Part shown: positions 7,461 through 16,500 of the stretch, piece by piece
Layout of the letters: every line of letters begins with the position of its first letter
How positions within the stretch are numbered: the stretch's first letter is position 1
Notes under the pieces: model-generated
What the model was told of the DNA's origin: nothing
Databases searched by the model: none
Seen by the model: the letters and a program-made list of their open reading frames with translations, nothing else
Position numbers and translations under genes: made by a program
Assembly (NCBI GenBank): GCA_903861045.1
Contig: CAIOST010000339.1
Coordinates: 1 to 51,451 of the forward strand
Direction: 5' to 3'
Source of the DNA: an uncultured bacterium
Lineage (GTDB): Bacteria; Verrucomicrobiota; Kiritimatiellia; RFP12; CAIWXQ01
Length of the DNA stretch: 51,451 bases

Positions 7461-9320
7461 TCACGCCTCTTTCCCCTCATTGGCGTTAATCAACTGACCG
7501 AGATGAAAACCCTTCCAGCAAAGATGCACAATCAACCACCAAAGATAGACGGAAGATGCCTGGTAAAAACCACCTTCCGGCAGGAGGCCATGGGCAGATT
7601 CGTTTCGCAAATTATGCCCGAACCTCTCGATCAATAGACCGCGCAAGTCAAACAGGATGTTAGCACCAATGATTCTTTCGACATCCGGGATCCATAGCAA
7701 TTGGTTCAAGTCACGTTCCTGTTGTGTGCCATCCGAATCCAGCGTTGAGGTAATGATCCCATATTGATTCAACACATGTCGAATGGATGCTTCAACCTGC
7801 GGAATCAGCAAATGGAGCGCGGTTAACCAGTCGCCAAAGAACCCGGCCTGGATGCCGCGCAGATAAATCCCCTCGTGCCCTGGCGGAATGAAAGGGTTGT
7901 TTGTCACGAAGAAGATTAAGTCGCGATGACGAATCACGTGTTCGTCGACTATTGCGTAACGCGCAGGTTCGATATACCATACCGCATGCATGGGCCAGTT
8001 GAGCGTTCGCGCCTGTTGGCAAAGTCGCTTACGCAAGGCCTCCTTTTCCTCTTCTGGATTACCAACGCCTGCGGCAGGAACCGTGTCAGCGACTTTTCCA
8101 TCGTGGTCGATAGATGAAGCACCGGCAATTTTATCGAAGATGGTATTCTTGGTAGCTTCTTGGTGCTGCTGTTGAAGTTTCTCGACATCTGTAGGCTGTG
8201 TGACATTGGCAAACCGTACGAGTGCCGTCTGAAAATCATGCCCACGAACATGGGCAGCCGAACGTTCCTGCGTCACCCTTTCAGCTTCAACAAACTCAGG
8301 ATTCGACAAACTGTCAATCTTGATTGTAGTCAACTCTGACAGGCTTTGCTTCTGCAGTGCAAGGAACCGCCGATGAACGGTTTTGATGCGTTCAGGATTG
8401 GCCTTGGCGCGTCGCAAGGCTTCAACACCCCGACCAACCCAATAAGATGCAAACATGGCACCTTGTGTCGCCAGTCCCTCTTCACCACGGGAAACATTGC
8501 ACTCAGCAGCAGCCAATAGACATGCCTGCGCTTCGGTCTCCTTCTTGGCTACTCGATGCCACTGTTCCGCAAGTAGCCAATACGCCTCCGCAACATGCCA
8601 GTCTTCAGCATCCGCAAACCGCTTGGCCAAACGCTCGGACAATGCCGCGTAATGAACTGCGTCTCCCTCCTTAAGGCCCAACAGTGCCAACATGAGATGA
8701 TGGCAAAGCAACCCTGCCTTTGTGTTGTTCTCATATTCAACGATCGCGGCCTCTAAAGCAGCAACCACCGTTTTTCGTTCCGTTTCGAAACCGCGAATAG
8801 CGGAAATTTGCGCCGCGCGCTCCAAACGTTCAACGTAGGGAGGCCAGAGATCGTCAGTCTTAAGACGCTCGGATGCTTGCAGAAAAGCCAAGATGGCAAT
8901 ACGAGCAGCCTTGAAGTCCTTCTTGGTCACCCAGAGTACATCGGCAACACGTGCACGAAATTCCGGGTCTTGAATCTCTTCCACGATCCCGCTAAGTGCG
9001 GCAAGATCGTCTTCGCACAAATCCTCCGCATTCAGCGTCCTCTTGCCGTTGAAACCGCTCCACATCGAGCCGTATGGATTTCCTCGAATATCGTAATTCG
9101 GGTAGAACGAGGCAACGACGTTGAGAAATGAAAAGACGCGAAACCCCAGGTCGTCTTTCGCGGTCGTACATTCCCTCGCTGCGGCAGTAAAGCCTTCACA
9201 GAGCCCGTAACACTCTTTGTTCTTTGCCTGCCACACCCGAGACTGCCAATCGCTTCGACGCAGATCGTCTGCCGTTACGCCAAAACTGGATTGTTTCGTT
9301 TCGCCCATGTCAAACAACAC
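7461..9320 (-). CDS. 619-aa protein with C-terminal HEPN-type motif (Rx4HG; NLR...HG as in DUF4209); N-terminal ~500 aa unassigned
   Basis: C-terminus reads ...RFGHNLRNESAHGLLPEGG... It overlaps the hsdS stop by 11 nt. Codon usage and composition are typical of real genes here. Confidence 0.55.
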   Translation of the reverse strand: MLFDMGETKQSSFGVTADDLRRSDWQSRVWQAKNKECYGLCEGFTAAARECTTAKDDLGFRVFSFLNVVASFYPNYDIRGNPYGSMWSGFNGKRTLNAEDLCEDDLAALSGIVEEIQDPEFRARVADVLWVTKKDFKAARIAILAFLQASERLKTDDLWPPYVERLERAAQISAIRGFETERKTVVAALEAAIVEYENNTKAGLLCHHLMLALLGLKEGDAVHYAALSERLAKRFADAEDWHVAEAYWLLAEQWHRVAKKETEAQACLLAAAECNVSRGEEGLATQGAMFASYWVGRGVEALRRAKANPERIKTVHRRFLALQKQSLSELTTIKIDSLSNPEFVEAERVTQERSAAHVRGHDFQTALVRFANVTQPTDVEKLQQQHQEATKNTIFDKIAGASSIDHDGKVADTVPAAGVGNPEEEKEALRKRLCQQARTLNWPMHAVWYIEPARYAIVDEHVIRHRDLIFFVTNNPFIPPGHEGIYLRGIQAGFFGDWLTALHLLIPQVEASIRHVLNQYGIITSTLDSDGTQQERDLNQLLWIPDVERIIGANILFDLRGLLIERFGHNLRNESAHGLLPEGGFYQASSVYLWWLIVHLCWKGFHLGQLINANEGKEA

Positions 9321-10548
9321 CTTCCGGCACCCTCACACGACCGGTGAGCAGGTCGGTCATCAGGCCGGATTTCAGTTGTTGGAGCTTCCTTAACTCAACC
9401 TCTTCCGACGCAATCGTAGCTTCAGAAGCGAGCATAGCGTTGGCCGCCGTTCGTTGCTCCTCGCTTGGCGGAACTGCAATCTTTAGTCTTTTGAAATACG
9501 GGAGACCAATCGTCTTGATGGTGCTGCCCATCGCAATCGCCTCAAACTGCGGCTTGTTGTGCTGAAGCCAGTAATACAGAAAGAGGTTGTACAGCCGTTT
9601 TCCGCACCGCCACGCCATGAAATGCTGACTGACCGCCATTTCCTCGGCGAGTATCGCACTCTTCCCGATTCCAGCATCACGGGACAGAATGACAGTTCCG
9701 GCCGAGTGCTTCACGGCTGACGAGTTCTCGATTCCGAGTTCGCTGATTTGCTTGTCAGTCTCTGAGATGTAAATGCGGTCGAGTTTGTCTGAGTCAGCCA
9801 ACGACACCCACTTGATGCCCCCATCCCAACAAGAGGGGACATCTTTAGTCGGCGTATGGCCGCTGCCACGGAGGGCGACATCGTCTAAAAGACAAATATC
9901 CCAGTCCTTCGGGAGTTGGCCGAGGGGGGAGTCTTGGAATTGTTCGGGGTGGGCGATGGGGTCGCGGAGTTGGCCGTTGTGGTCGAGGCCGCGGGTGAGG
10001 AGATCGTGGAGCAGGCCGGCGCGCACCTGCCGCAACTTCGCAATCACGGCCTCCGTCTTCGCAATCGCGTCGTCTACCGTGTCCAGAACGGTGGCGATGC
10101 GGGATTGCTCGATTTCTGAAGAAGGTTTGAAAACCCAATGACGTTTCAAGTCGTTCCAGGACGTGCGCGGCATCTTGGTACCAACCCCGGTTGCCGACGC
10201 AGCGGCAAATACGCGCTCCCATTGAAAAACATGGGCGGCATATTGTGGAAGGACACCGTTGCGAGCTCGTAGCACAAGGATATCTGTTGAGCAGTAACCA
10301 GAGAACGGGGCTTTCAGGCTTTTTCGAAGATTTGGTCGGAGTTTGCCAAACAGAATGTCGTCCTTGGAAAAGCAGGAGTTTATGCTGACCGAAGCACTGC
10401 TGGGCAAAGAACCCAGCAAGTGGGGTTGGCCTTGCGCAATGTGCTCAAGTCCGATGTAACGGAGACTCGGGTCTTTGTTGCTTGCAACCTTTTCTGGTCG
10501 CAGTTCAACCAGTGCATCGAGACCGACTGTGGGAGGGCACGCACTCAT
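9310..10548 (-). CDS. hsdS: Type I R-M specificity subunit (HsdS), two target-recognition domains
   Basis: 412 aa with a bipartite repeat structure and conserved central and C-terminal helices (…LRQVRAGLLHDLLTRG…, …LQQLKSGLMTDLLTGRV). Its ATG overlaps the hsdM stop. Confidence 0.85.
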   Translation of the reverse strand: MSACPPTVGLDALVELRPEKVASNKDPSLRYIGLEHIAQGQPHLLGSLPSSASVSINSCFSKDDILFGKLRPNLRKSLKAPFSGYCSTDILVLRARNGVLPQYAAHVFQWERVFAAASATGVGTKMPRTSWNDLKRHWVFKPSSEIEQSRIATVLDTVDDAIAKTEAVIAKLRQVRAGLLHDLLTRGLDHNGQLRDPIAHPEQFQDSPLGQLPKDWDICLLDDVALRGSGHTPTKDVPSCWDGGIKWVSLADSDKLDRIYISETDKQISELGIENSSAVKHSAGTVILSRDAGIGKSAILAEEMAVSQHFMAWRCGKRLYNLFLYYWLQHNKPQFEAIAMGSTIKTIGLPYFKRLKIAVPPSEEQRTAANAMLASEATIASEEVELRKLQQLKSGLMTDLLTGRVRVPEGVV

Positions 10549-13205
10549 CTGTAGGACAATGCCTCCAAGAAAGTCTCCAGATTAGATTCAGCACTTGCAC
10601 GTTCTGAGCGCAGAGCAGTCAACGTCACCCGATACTTGTCCCAAAGACCCTCAATGTAACGCACCAACTCGTGCCGTTTCTCGGCCACGGCGGCGTCGAG
10701 GCCGACCTGCACATCCTGCGCGAAGAGTTCGAGGACGAGGTCGCGTTTCTCGGTGTCGTCGAATCCGGTACAGCGCAGTTTGAGTTCGTTCACAAACTCC
10801 GCGGTGAGCGTGCGGAAAAGGGCGCGGGCTTCGGCGAGTTGTTCCTTGATCGTTTCGTGGGGGACGAGGGCCATTTCGAATGCGGCCAGTTGATCGAGGA
10901 TCGGCTGGAGTTTGCGCTTTAACTCGTTTGACGTGGCAACGGGTTTGCGGACGGCGCGGAGCGCCGTCCCTACCTTTCGTTCCCGCTCCTGTTTGGAAAG
11001 CTCCTTGAGATCGGCCTTGTGCTCGGCCTTGAGTTCGCGGATCTGCCGCTCGATATCTTTGGGGTAGTTCCAGTTCTCCAATTCCTCCTCGTCGAGGTCG
11101 TCGGGCACGTTGCTCTGCTCGAAGGCTTCCTTCTCGCCCTTGAGCCGGGCGATGTCGGACTTGGCGGCGGCGATGCGTTCCAGATAGTCGGTCATGGTGC
11201 GACGGACGAGCTTGTGCGCGAAGGGGTCGAGCACCGGGCCGGCGGCTTCGTCGTCTTCCACGGCGTCGGCGATGGCGTCCACCCAGCCGTCTATGACGCC
11301 AGGGAAGCCGTTTTCGAGCAGGGTCTTGAAGTCAGGGAGCGTGTCGGTCCACCAGGTGGCGATGACGCCGGCGAGTTTGAAGCGATCGAGGGTGTTCAAG
11401 GGCAGCAGCGCGGCGACAAAGGTTTCGAGGAACTCGGCGCGAACCTTGTTGAGCTTGCGATGTTCGGGCAGTTTGGCCAGACGCGGGGAGTGTTCTGCCC
11501 ACCACTGTCCCAGGTGTTGGCGCACGGTCGCAAGGGTCTTTTGAACCCCGGGATCGCTTTCGACCAGCGGGCGGATGGCGGCGCGTTCCGGGAGCGCGGG
11601 GGCGAAGTCGTAGTAGAGCGTGTCGCCTGTGCGCTTGGCGAAGGCGTGGGAAGGCTTGAAGCCGAGGGCGTCGAACAACGCACGGTTGTCCGTCACCTCA
11701 GCCACGGGCACGCCGCCAAGTAGGTGGGCGCGCACGTCGTGCGGCTCTGGTGGTGGGGAGTTGTCCACGTAGCGGCGGATGTTAAGATTGAAATCGTTGG
11801 CTTCGCTGGCGATTTCGGTGAGGGGGACAACGCGGGCGTAGCCGGGGATATCCTGATAGTTATCGAAGGTGGAGACAACCTTTTCGACGTGCTCCGGGCG
11901 GAGGTAGTTTTGCGCGCGGCCAGCATGGAACTCGGCGTCCGCATTGATGAACAGCACCTTGCCCCGACGTTCGGCGGGCTTTTTCGCGTTAGGTGCGTGA
12001 CCGGTGAGGTTGGGGCGCATGATGAGAATACACGCCGGAATGCCCGCGCCGTAGAACAGATTCTGGGGCAAGCCGATGACGGCCTCGATGAGGTCCTGTT
12101 CGAGGAACTTTCTGCGGATCTCCTTTTCCGCCCCGCCGCGAAAGAGCACGCCGTGAGGCATGACCGTGGCAACCATGCCGCCTGGCTTACAGACGGCAAG
12201 CATGTGCTGGGCGAACATGAGGTCGCCCTTCTTGCCGGAGGTTGGACACCAGCCCCAGCGGAAACGCTCGGGAAACTCCATGTTGTTGCGCGTGTAGTTC
12301 TGGCTGAAAGGCGGATTGGCGATGACACGGTCGAATCGTTCCAGTTCGCCAGCATCCTTATGCAGCGGGTGCAGCAAAGTGTCCTGAAGTTGAATATCTG
12401 CGCCGGTGACGCCGTGCAGGAGCATATTCAATTTACAGATGGACCAAGCCGAGGCGTCGTTAACCTGGCCGCAGAGGCGAAGGTTGGTGGGGTCGCCACC
12501 GGATTGCTCGATGAACTCGCGGCTGATGATAAGCATGCCGCCCGAACCGCAGGTGGGGTCATAGACAGATAGGCCGGGCGCGGGTTTGAGGATACGCACC
12601 ATGAGACGGATGACATCGCGCGGCGTGTAGAAATCTCCACCCTTTTTGCCCGCCGACTCGGCGAAATTGTTGATGAGGAACTCGTAGGCCGCGCCCAGCA
12701 GGTCGGAGAACTGAAAATCCTCATTGCGCAGCCTGTAGCGGCTAAAGATACGGCTGACCAGGTCTTTGCAACAGTCGTCCGAAACGATGCGTTTGCCGCT
12801 CTCGACGGCCATGAAGAAGATACGATCGAGGACATGCTCCAACTGCGGGTTGGATTCGCGGAGCGCCGCGAGCGCTTTGTCAAGGACCGAGCCATACACT
12901 ACGTTGGCGTCGCCTAGTTTGTCCTTGAGGTAACCCCATCGAGCGCAATCGGGGACAAAGAAACCATCGTAGTAATCAGGATTTTCGCCGTACTGTTTCT
13001 CCGCTGCATCTTTCACCATGCCTTGTTCGACCTTCCGGCCGACAATATTCTCGCGTTCGGCCTCAAAGACGTCCGAACACCGCTTCAGGAAAAGCATGCC
13101 GAAGATGTAATCCTTGTAAGTGGCCGCATCGAGTCCCTCCTGGCGAAGTCGGTCAGCAGCCGACATGAGATGTCGTTCGAGTTTGGCGAGGGAAAGGCGT
13201 GGCAT
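10545..13205 (-). CDS. hsdM: Type I R-M N6-adenine DNA methyltransferase subunit (HsdM), unusually long (886 aa) with ~350-aa C-terminal coiled-coil extension
   Basis: HsdM_N-like start (ERHLMSAADRLR...YKDYIFGMLFLKRCSDVFE), SAM motif DPTCGSGGML and catalytic NPPF (IANPPFSQ). Confidence 0.88.
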   Translation of the reverse strand: MPRLSLAKLERHLMSAADRLRQEGLDAATYKDYIFGMLFLKRCSDVFEAERENIVGRKVEQGMVKDAAEKQYGENPDYYDGFFVPDCARWGYLKDKLGDANVVYGSVLDKALAALRESNPQLEHVLDRIFFMAVESGKRIVSDDCCKDLVSRIFSRYRLRNEDFQFSDLLGAAYEFLINNFAESAGKKGGDFYTPRDVIRLMVRILKPAPGLSVYDPTCGSGGMLIISREFIEQSGGDPTNLRLCGQVNDASAWSICKLNMLLHGVTGADIQLQDTLLHPLHKDAGELERFDRVIANPPFSQNYTRNNMEFPERFRWGWCPTSGKKGDLMFAQHMLAVCKPGGMVATVMPHGVLFRGGAEKEIRRKFLEQDLIEAVIGLPQNLFYGAGIPACILIMRPNLTGHAPNAKKPAERRGKVLFINADAEFHAGRAQNYLRPEHVEKVVSTFDNYQDIPGYARVVPLTEIASEANDFNLNIRRYVDNSPPPEPHDVRAHLLGGVPVAEVTDNRALFDALGFKPSHAFAKRTGDTLYYDFAPALPERAAIRPLVESDPGVQKTLATVRQHLGQWWAEHSPRLAKLPEHRKLNKVRAEFLETFVAALLPLNTLDRFKLAGVIATWWTDTLPDFKTLLENGFPGVIDGWVDAIADAVEDDEAAGPVLDPFAHKLVRRTMTDYLERIAAAKSDIARLKGEKEAFEQSNVPDDLDEEELENWNYPKDIERQIRELKAEHKADLKELSKQERERKVGTALRAVRKPVATSNELKRKLQPILDQLAAFEMALVPHETIKEQLAEARALFRTLTAEFVNELKLRCTGFDDTEKRDLVLELFAQDVQVGLDAAVAEKRHELVRYIEGLWDKYRVTLTALRSERASAESNLETFLEALSYR

Positions 13206-13536
13206 GGTTTTACTACCTGTATGCGATATGTGCGGGCGTTACCGGCGGGAACTGCTAGATCTTGGTTCTTCCATCATTACGAAAACGCCATGCGAGTACG
13301 AACGATGATCGCGATCGTTGGTCGGCTGCGCCTGTTCCAACCACAGATTCCAGAAGCGCGTATTGATTGATAAGAAAGGCGCTTTCGTCAAACCCCGATC
13401 GGCCTCGGCCCACGCGGGCCGAAAACATGCCGGAAACGGTCAGGCGCAACGATGCCTTGGGAAGGAGCATGGCAGAAGCGGGGAGAAACGTCAAGATCAC
13501 CACCAACCAGCGCTTTGGGACGGACGGAGTAGGCCC

Positions 13537-16500
13537 CTACTTTCCCGCCGCCTCGACCAGCTTGGTCAGCGCCGTAAGTTGCTGATCCACGGTGCGGCCG
13601 GTCAGTTGCGGCAGTCGCCCGCGTTGTAACAGCGGATCGCGCGAATGGCCACGGAAGATGCGCACACACCCTTCGCGCACTTCGATGCGCCCTACCCCAC
13701 GGGCCGTCGCCTGAATCCGCAACTCCGCCAGCCGCAACAAGCGCGCTACCGGTGGCGGCAGCGCCCCGTAACGATCCGCCAACTCCTGCTGTAACTGCCG
13801 CACTTCCGCCACCTTTACCAGCTCCGCCAGCCGCCGGTGCAGCGCAAAGCGCTGCGCATCGTCTTCCACATACTGGTACGGCAGACACGCGGAGCGCGCC
13901 GCATCTGGCGTGCCGGGTGACAAATCAATAAAATCAAGGCGCAGATCCACATCGACCAGCGCCGGTGGCTGCTCCCCCTGCAAACGGGCCACGGTGCGCC
14001 GTAGCAACTGGCAATAGAGGCCAAAACCAATCGCGGCAATGTGGCCGCTTTGCGCCGACCCCAGTAGGTTCCCCGCCCCACGGATCTCCAGGTCGCGCAT
14101 GGCCAGGCCGAAACCGGCCCCCAGCGCACTATGCTTCTGCATGGCCGCCAGTCGCTGCCGACCATCCGCATCCACATGCCCCTGCTCCGGCAGCAACAGG
14201 TACGCAAACGCCTTGTGCGAAGAGCGCCCCACCCGCCCGCGCAACTGATAGAGATCCGCCAGCCCGAAACGATCCGCCCGGTGAATCAGAATCGTGTTGG
14301 TCCGCGGAATGTCCAAACCACTCTCGACAATCGTCGTGCAGAGCAGCACATCGCACGCCCCCGCCTCAAAATCACGCATGATTCCGGCGAGCTGCGTGGA
14401 GGACATCTGCCCATGCGCCACGGCCACACGCGCCTCCGGCACCACCCGTTCCAGCCGCGCCCGCATCAAGTCAATGCTGAGTACCCGGTTGTACAAGAAG
14501 AAGACCTGCCCCTCGCGGTTGAGCTCCTGGAGGATCGCCGAGCGGATCACCGCATCGGTATCGCGGACCACGCGCGTCTCCACGGCCAGGCGCTCCTGCG
14601 GCGGCGTTTGCAACAGGCTCATATCGCGGGCGCCGGTCATACTCTGGTAGAGCGTACGCGGAATGGGCGTGGCGGTTAGCGTCAGCACATCCACCAGTTG
14701 CCGCACCTGCTTGAGATACTCCTTGTGCGCCACGCCAAAGCGCTGCTCTTCGTCGATCACCAGCAGCCCCAGATCGCGGAAGGCCAACCCCGGCTGCAGC
14801 AGCGTATGCGTGCCGATCACAATATCCACGCCGCCCTCTGCCAGCGCCAGCATCACGCGCCGCCGCTCGGCCTGGGTGCGGAAGCGGCTCAAGACCTCGA
14901 TGCGGATCGGATAGGCGGCCATGCGCTCGCGGAACGATTCGTAGTGCTGTTCCGCCAGCACCGTGGTCGGCACCAGCACCGCCACCTGCTTGCCATTCAT
15001 CACGGCAATAAACGCCGCGCGCATGGCGATCTCGGTCTTGCCATACCCCGCATCGCCGCAGATCAGGCGGTCCATGGGGCGGTTCGACGCCAAGTCCGCC
15101 TTGATCTCGGCAATCACCTTTTCCTGGTCCACCGTTTCGCGATAAGGAAAAGCCGCCTCGAAGGCCTGCATCCAGGACGGATCGGTCTGATACGCAAACC
15201 CCGGACGCAACTGGCGCCGCGCCTGCGTCTCCAGCAGAGAAGCCGCCAGATCCTGGATGGCGCGCTCGGCCTCGGCCTTTTCGCGCAGCCAGCGCCGTCC
15301 GCCCAAGCGGTGTAACGGCGGTGGTTGACCAGCCACACTGACATAGCGGCTCAGCAGCGAGGCATGCGCCACCGGCACATGCAACCGCGCCCCCTCGGCG
15401 TATTCCAGCGTCATGACCTCGCTGCGCCGGCCATCCATCTCGATCTCGGTGACGCCGGCATAGCGCCCCAGGCCATGATCGAGGTGCACCACCAGATCGC
15501 CCGGCGTCAGCTCGCCCAGGGACTCCACGCGCGGTCCGCGTGCCGGTGCCGCCGCCGTGGTCGCGGGCAGATAGCGCCGGCCGGATTGCTTACGTACCGC
15601 ATAGAGATCGGACTGCGTGGCGACGGTTAAATGCGCCGCCGGCAGCACAAAACCACCCGACAAGCGCGCATGCTGCACGCGCACCGGTGCCGCCGCACCC
15701 AGCTCGCGGACGAGTTGTTCACAAGCCCCCGCCGTATCCATGCAGAGTGCCACGGTCTCGCCAGCCGCGCCGCGCCGCGTTAATTCGGCCAGCAGCCGTT
15801 GCCGCACCATGGCGCTGACTTCCGGATGGTGCCAATCAGCTACATCCGCCAACCCCGCAATGGGCGCGAGTGCCAGCGGCAGCGAGGGCGTGGCCGGTGG
15901 CGGCGGATCGCCACAGAAAAGTTCCAGGACCGGCCGCCGGGCGGCGACGTGTTGCTGTAACTGATCCCAATCCAGCAGCTTGTCATCACCCGCCACGCGC
16001 TCTGCCGCAAACTGCCGCACCTGATCATGCGCCAGCCAGATCACGACCGACCCTTCGGGGAGCAGGTCCGCCAGCAGTACCTCCGGCAGGGCCGCGACGC
16101 GGCAGGGCGGCACCCAGGCCTCCTCGCGCTTTTCCACGGAGCACTGCGTGCCCGGATCAAACACGCGCAGCGATTCCAGCGTATTGCCAAAAAACTCCGC
16201 GCGCAGTGGCAGCGGCGCAGTCAGCGGCCAGACATCCAGCAGCCCGCCCCGCACGGCCAGTTCGCCTTTGGCGGTGACCTCGGCCACGCGCGCAAACCCG
16301 CCTGACACGAGGCGCTCTACCAGTTCATCAAACGCGAACTCCGCGCCCACGTGCAAGGAGACGGCCGCGCGCTCCACCGCCAGTGGGTCCGGCACAGACT
16401 GCTGGAGCGCCAGCACACAGGTGGCCAGCAGCGTGGCGCCGGCTGGAGCCGTCGCGTGCTGACGCAGGGCCTGCAGCGTGGCAAAGCGGATACCGGCCAG

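Larger units (their letters stand above)
937..13724. mobile_element. ~12.8-kb inserted R-M island bounded by the duplicated mfd 3' end; no integrase or transposase inside
   Basis: Direct imperfect repeats 705-937 / 13537-13769 flank hsdM..ygjP. The pattern matches an R-M insertion with long target duplication. The insertion mechanism is inferred, not seen. Confidence 0.45.

Noticed and set aside
11019-12572. Plus-strand ORFs 234 aa and 282 aa inside hsdM
   Set aside because: Antisense to hsdM, with Gly/Val/Glu-rich artefactual composition.
14131-16277. Many 100-200-aa ORFs on the plus strand within mfd
   Set aside because: All antisense to a continuous 1092-aa Mfd reading frame with clear helicase motifs.
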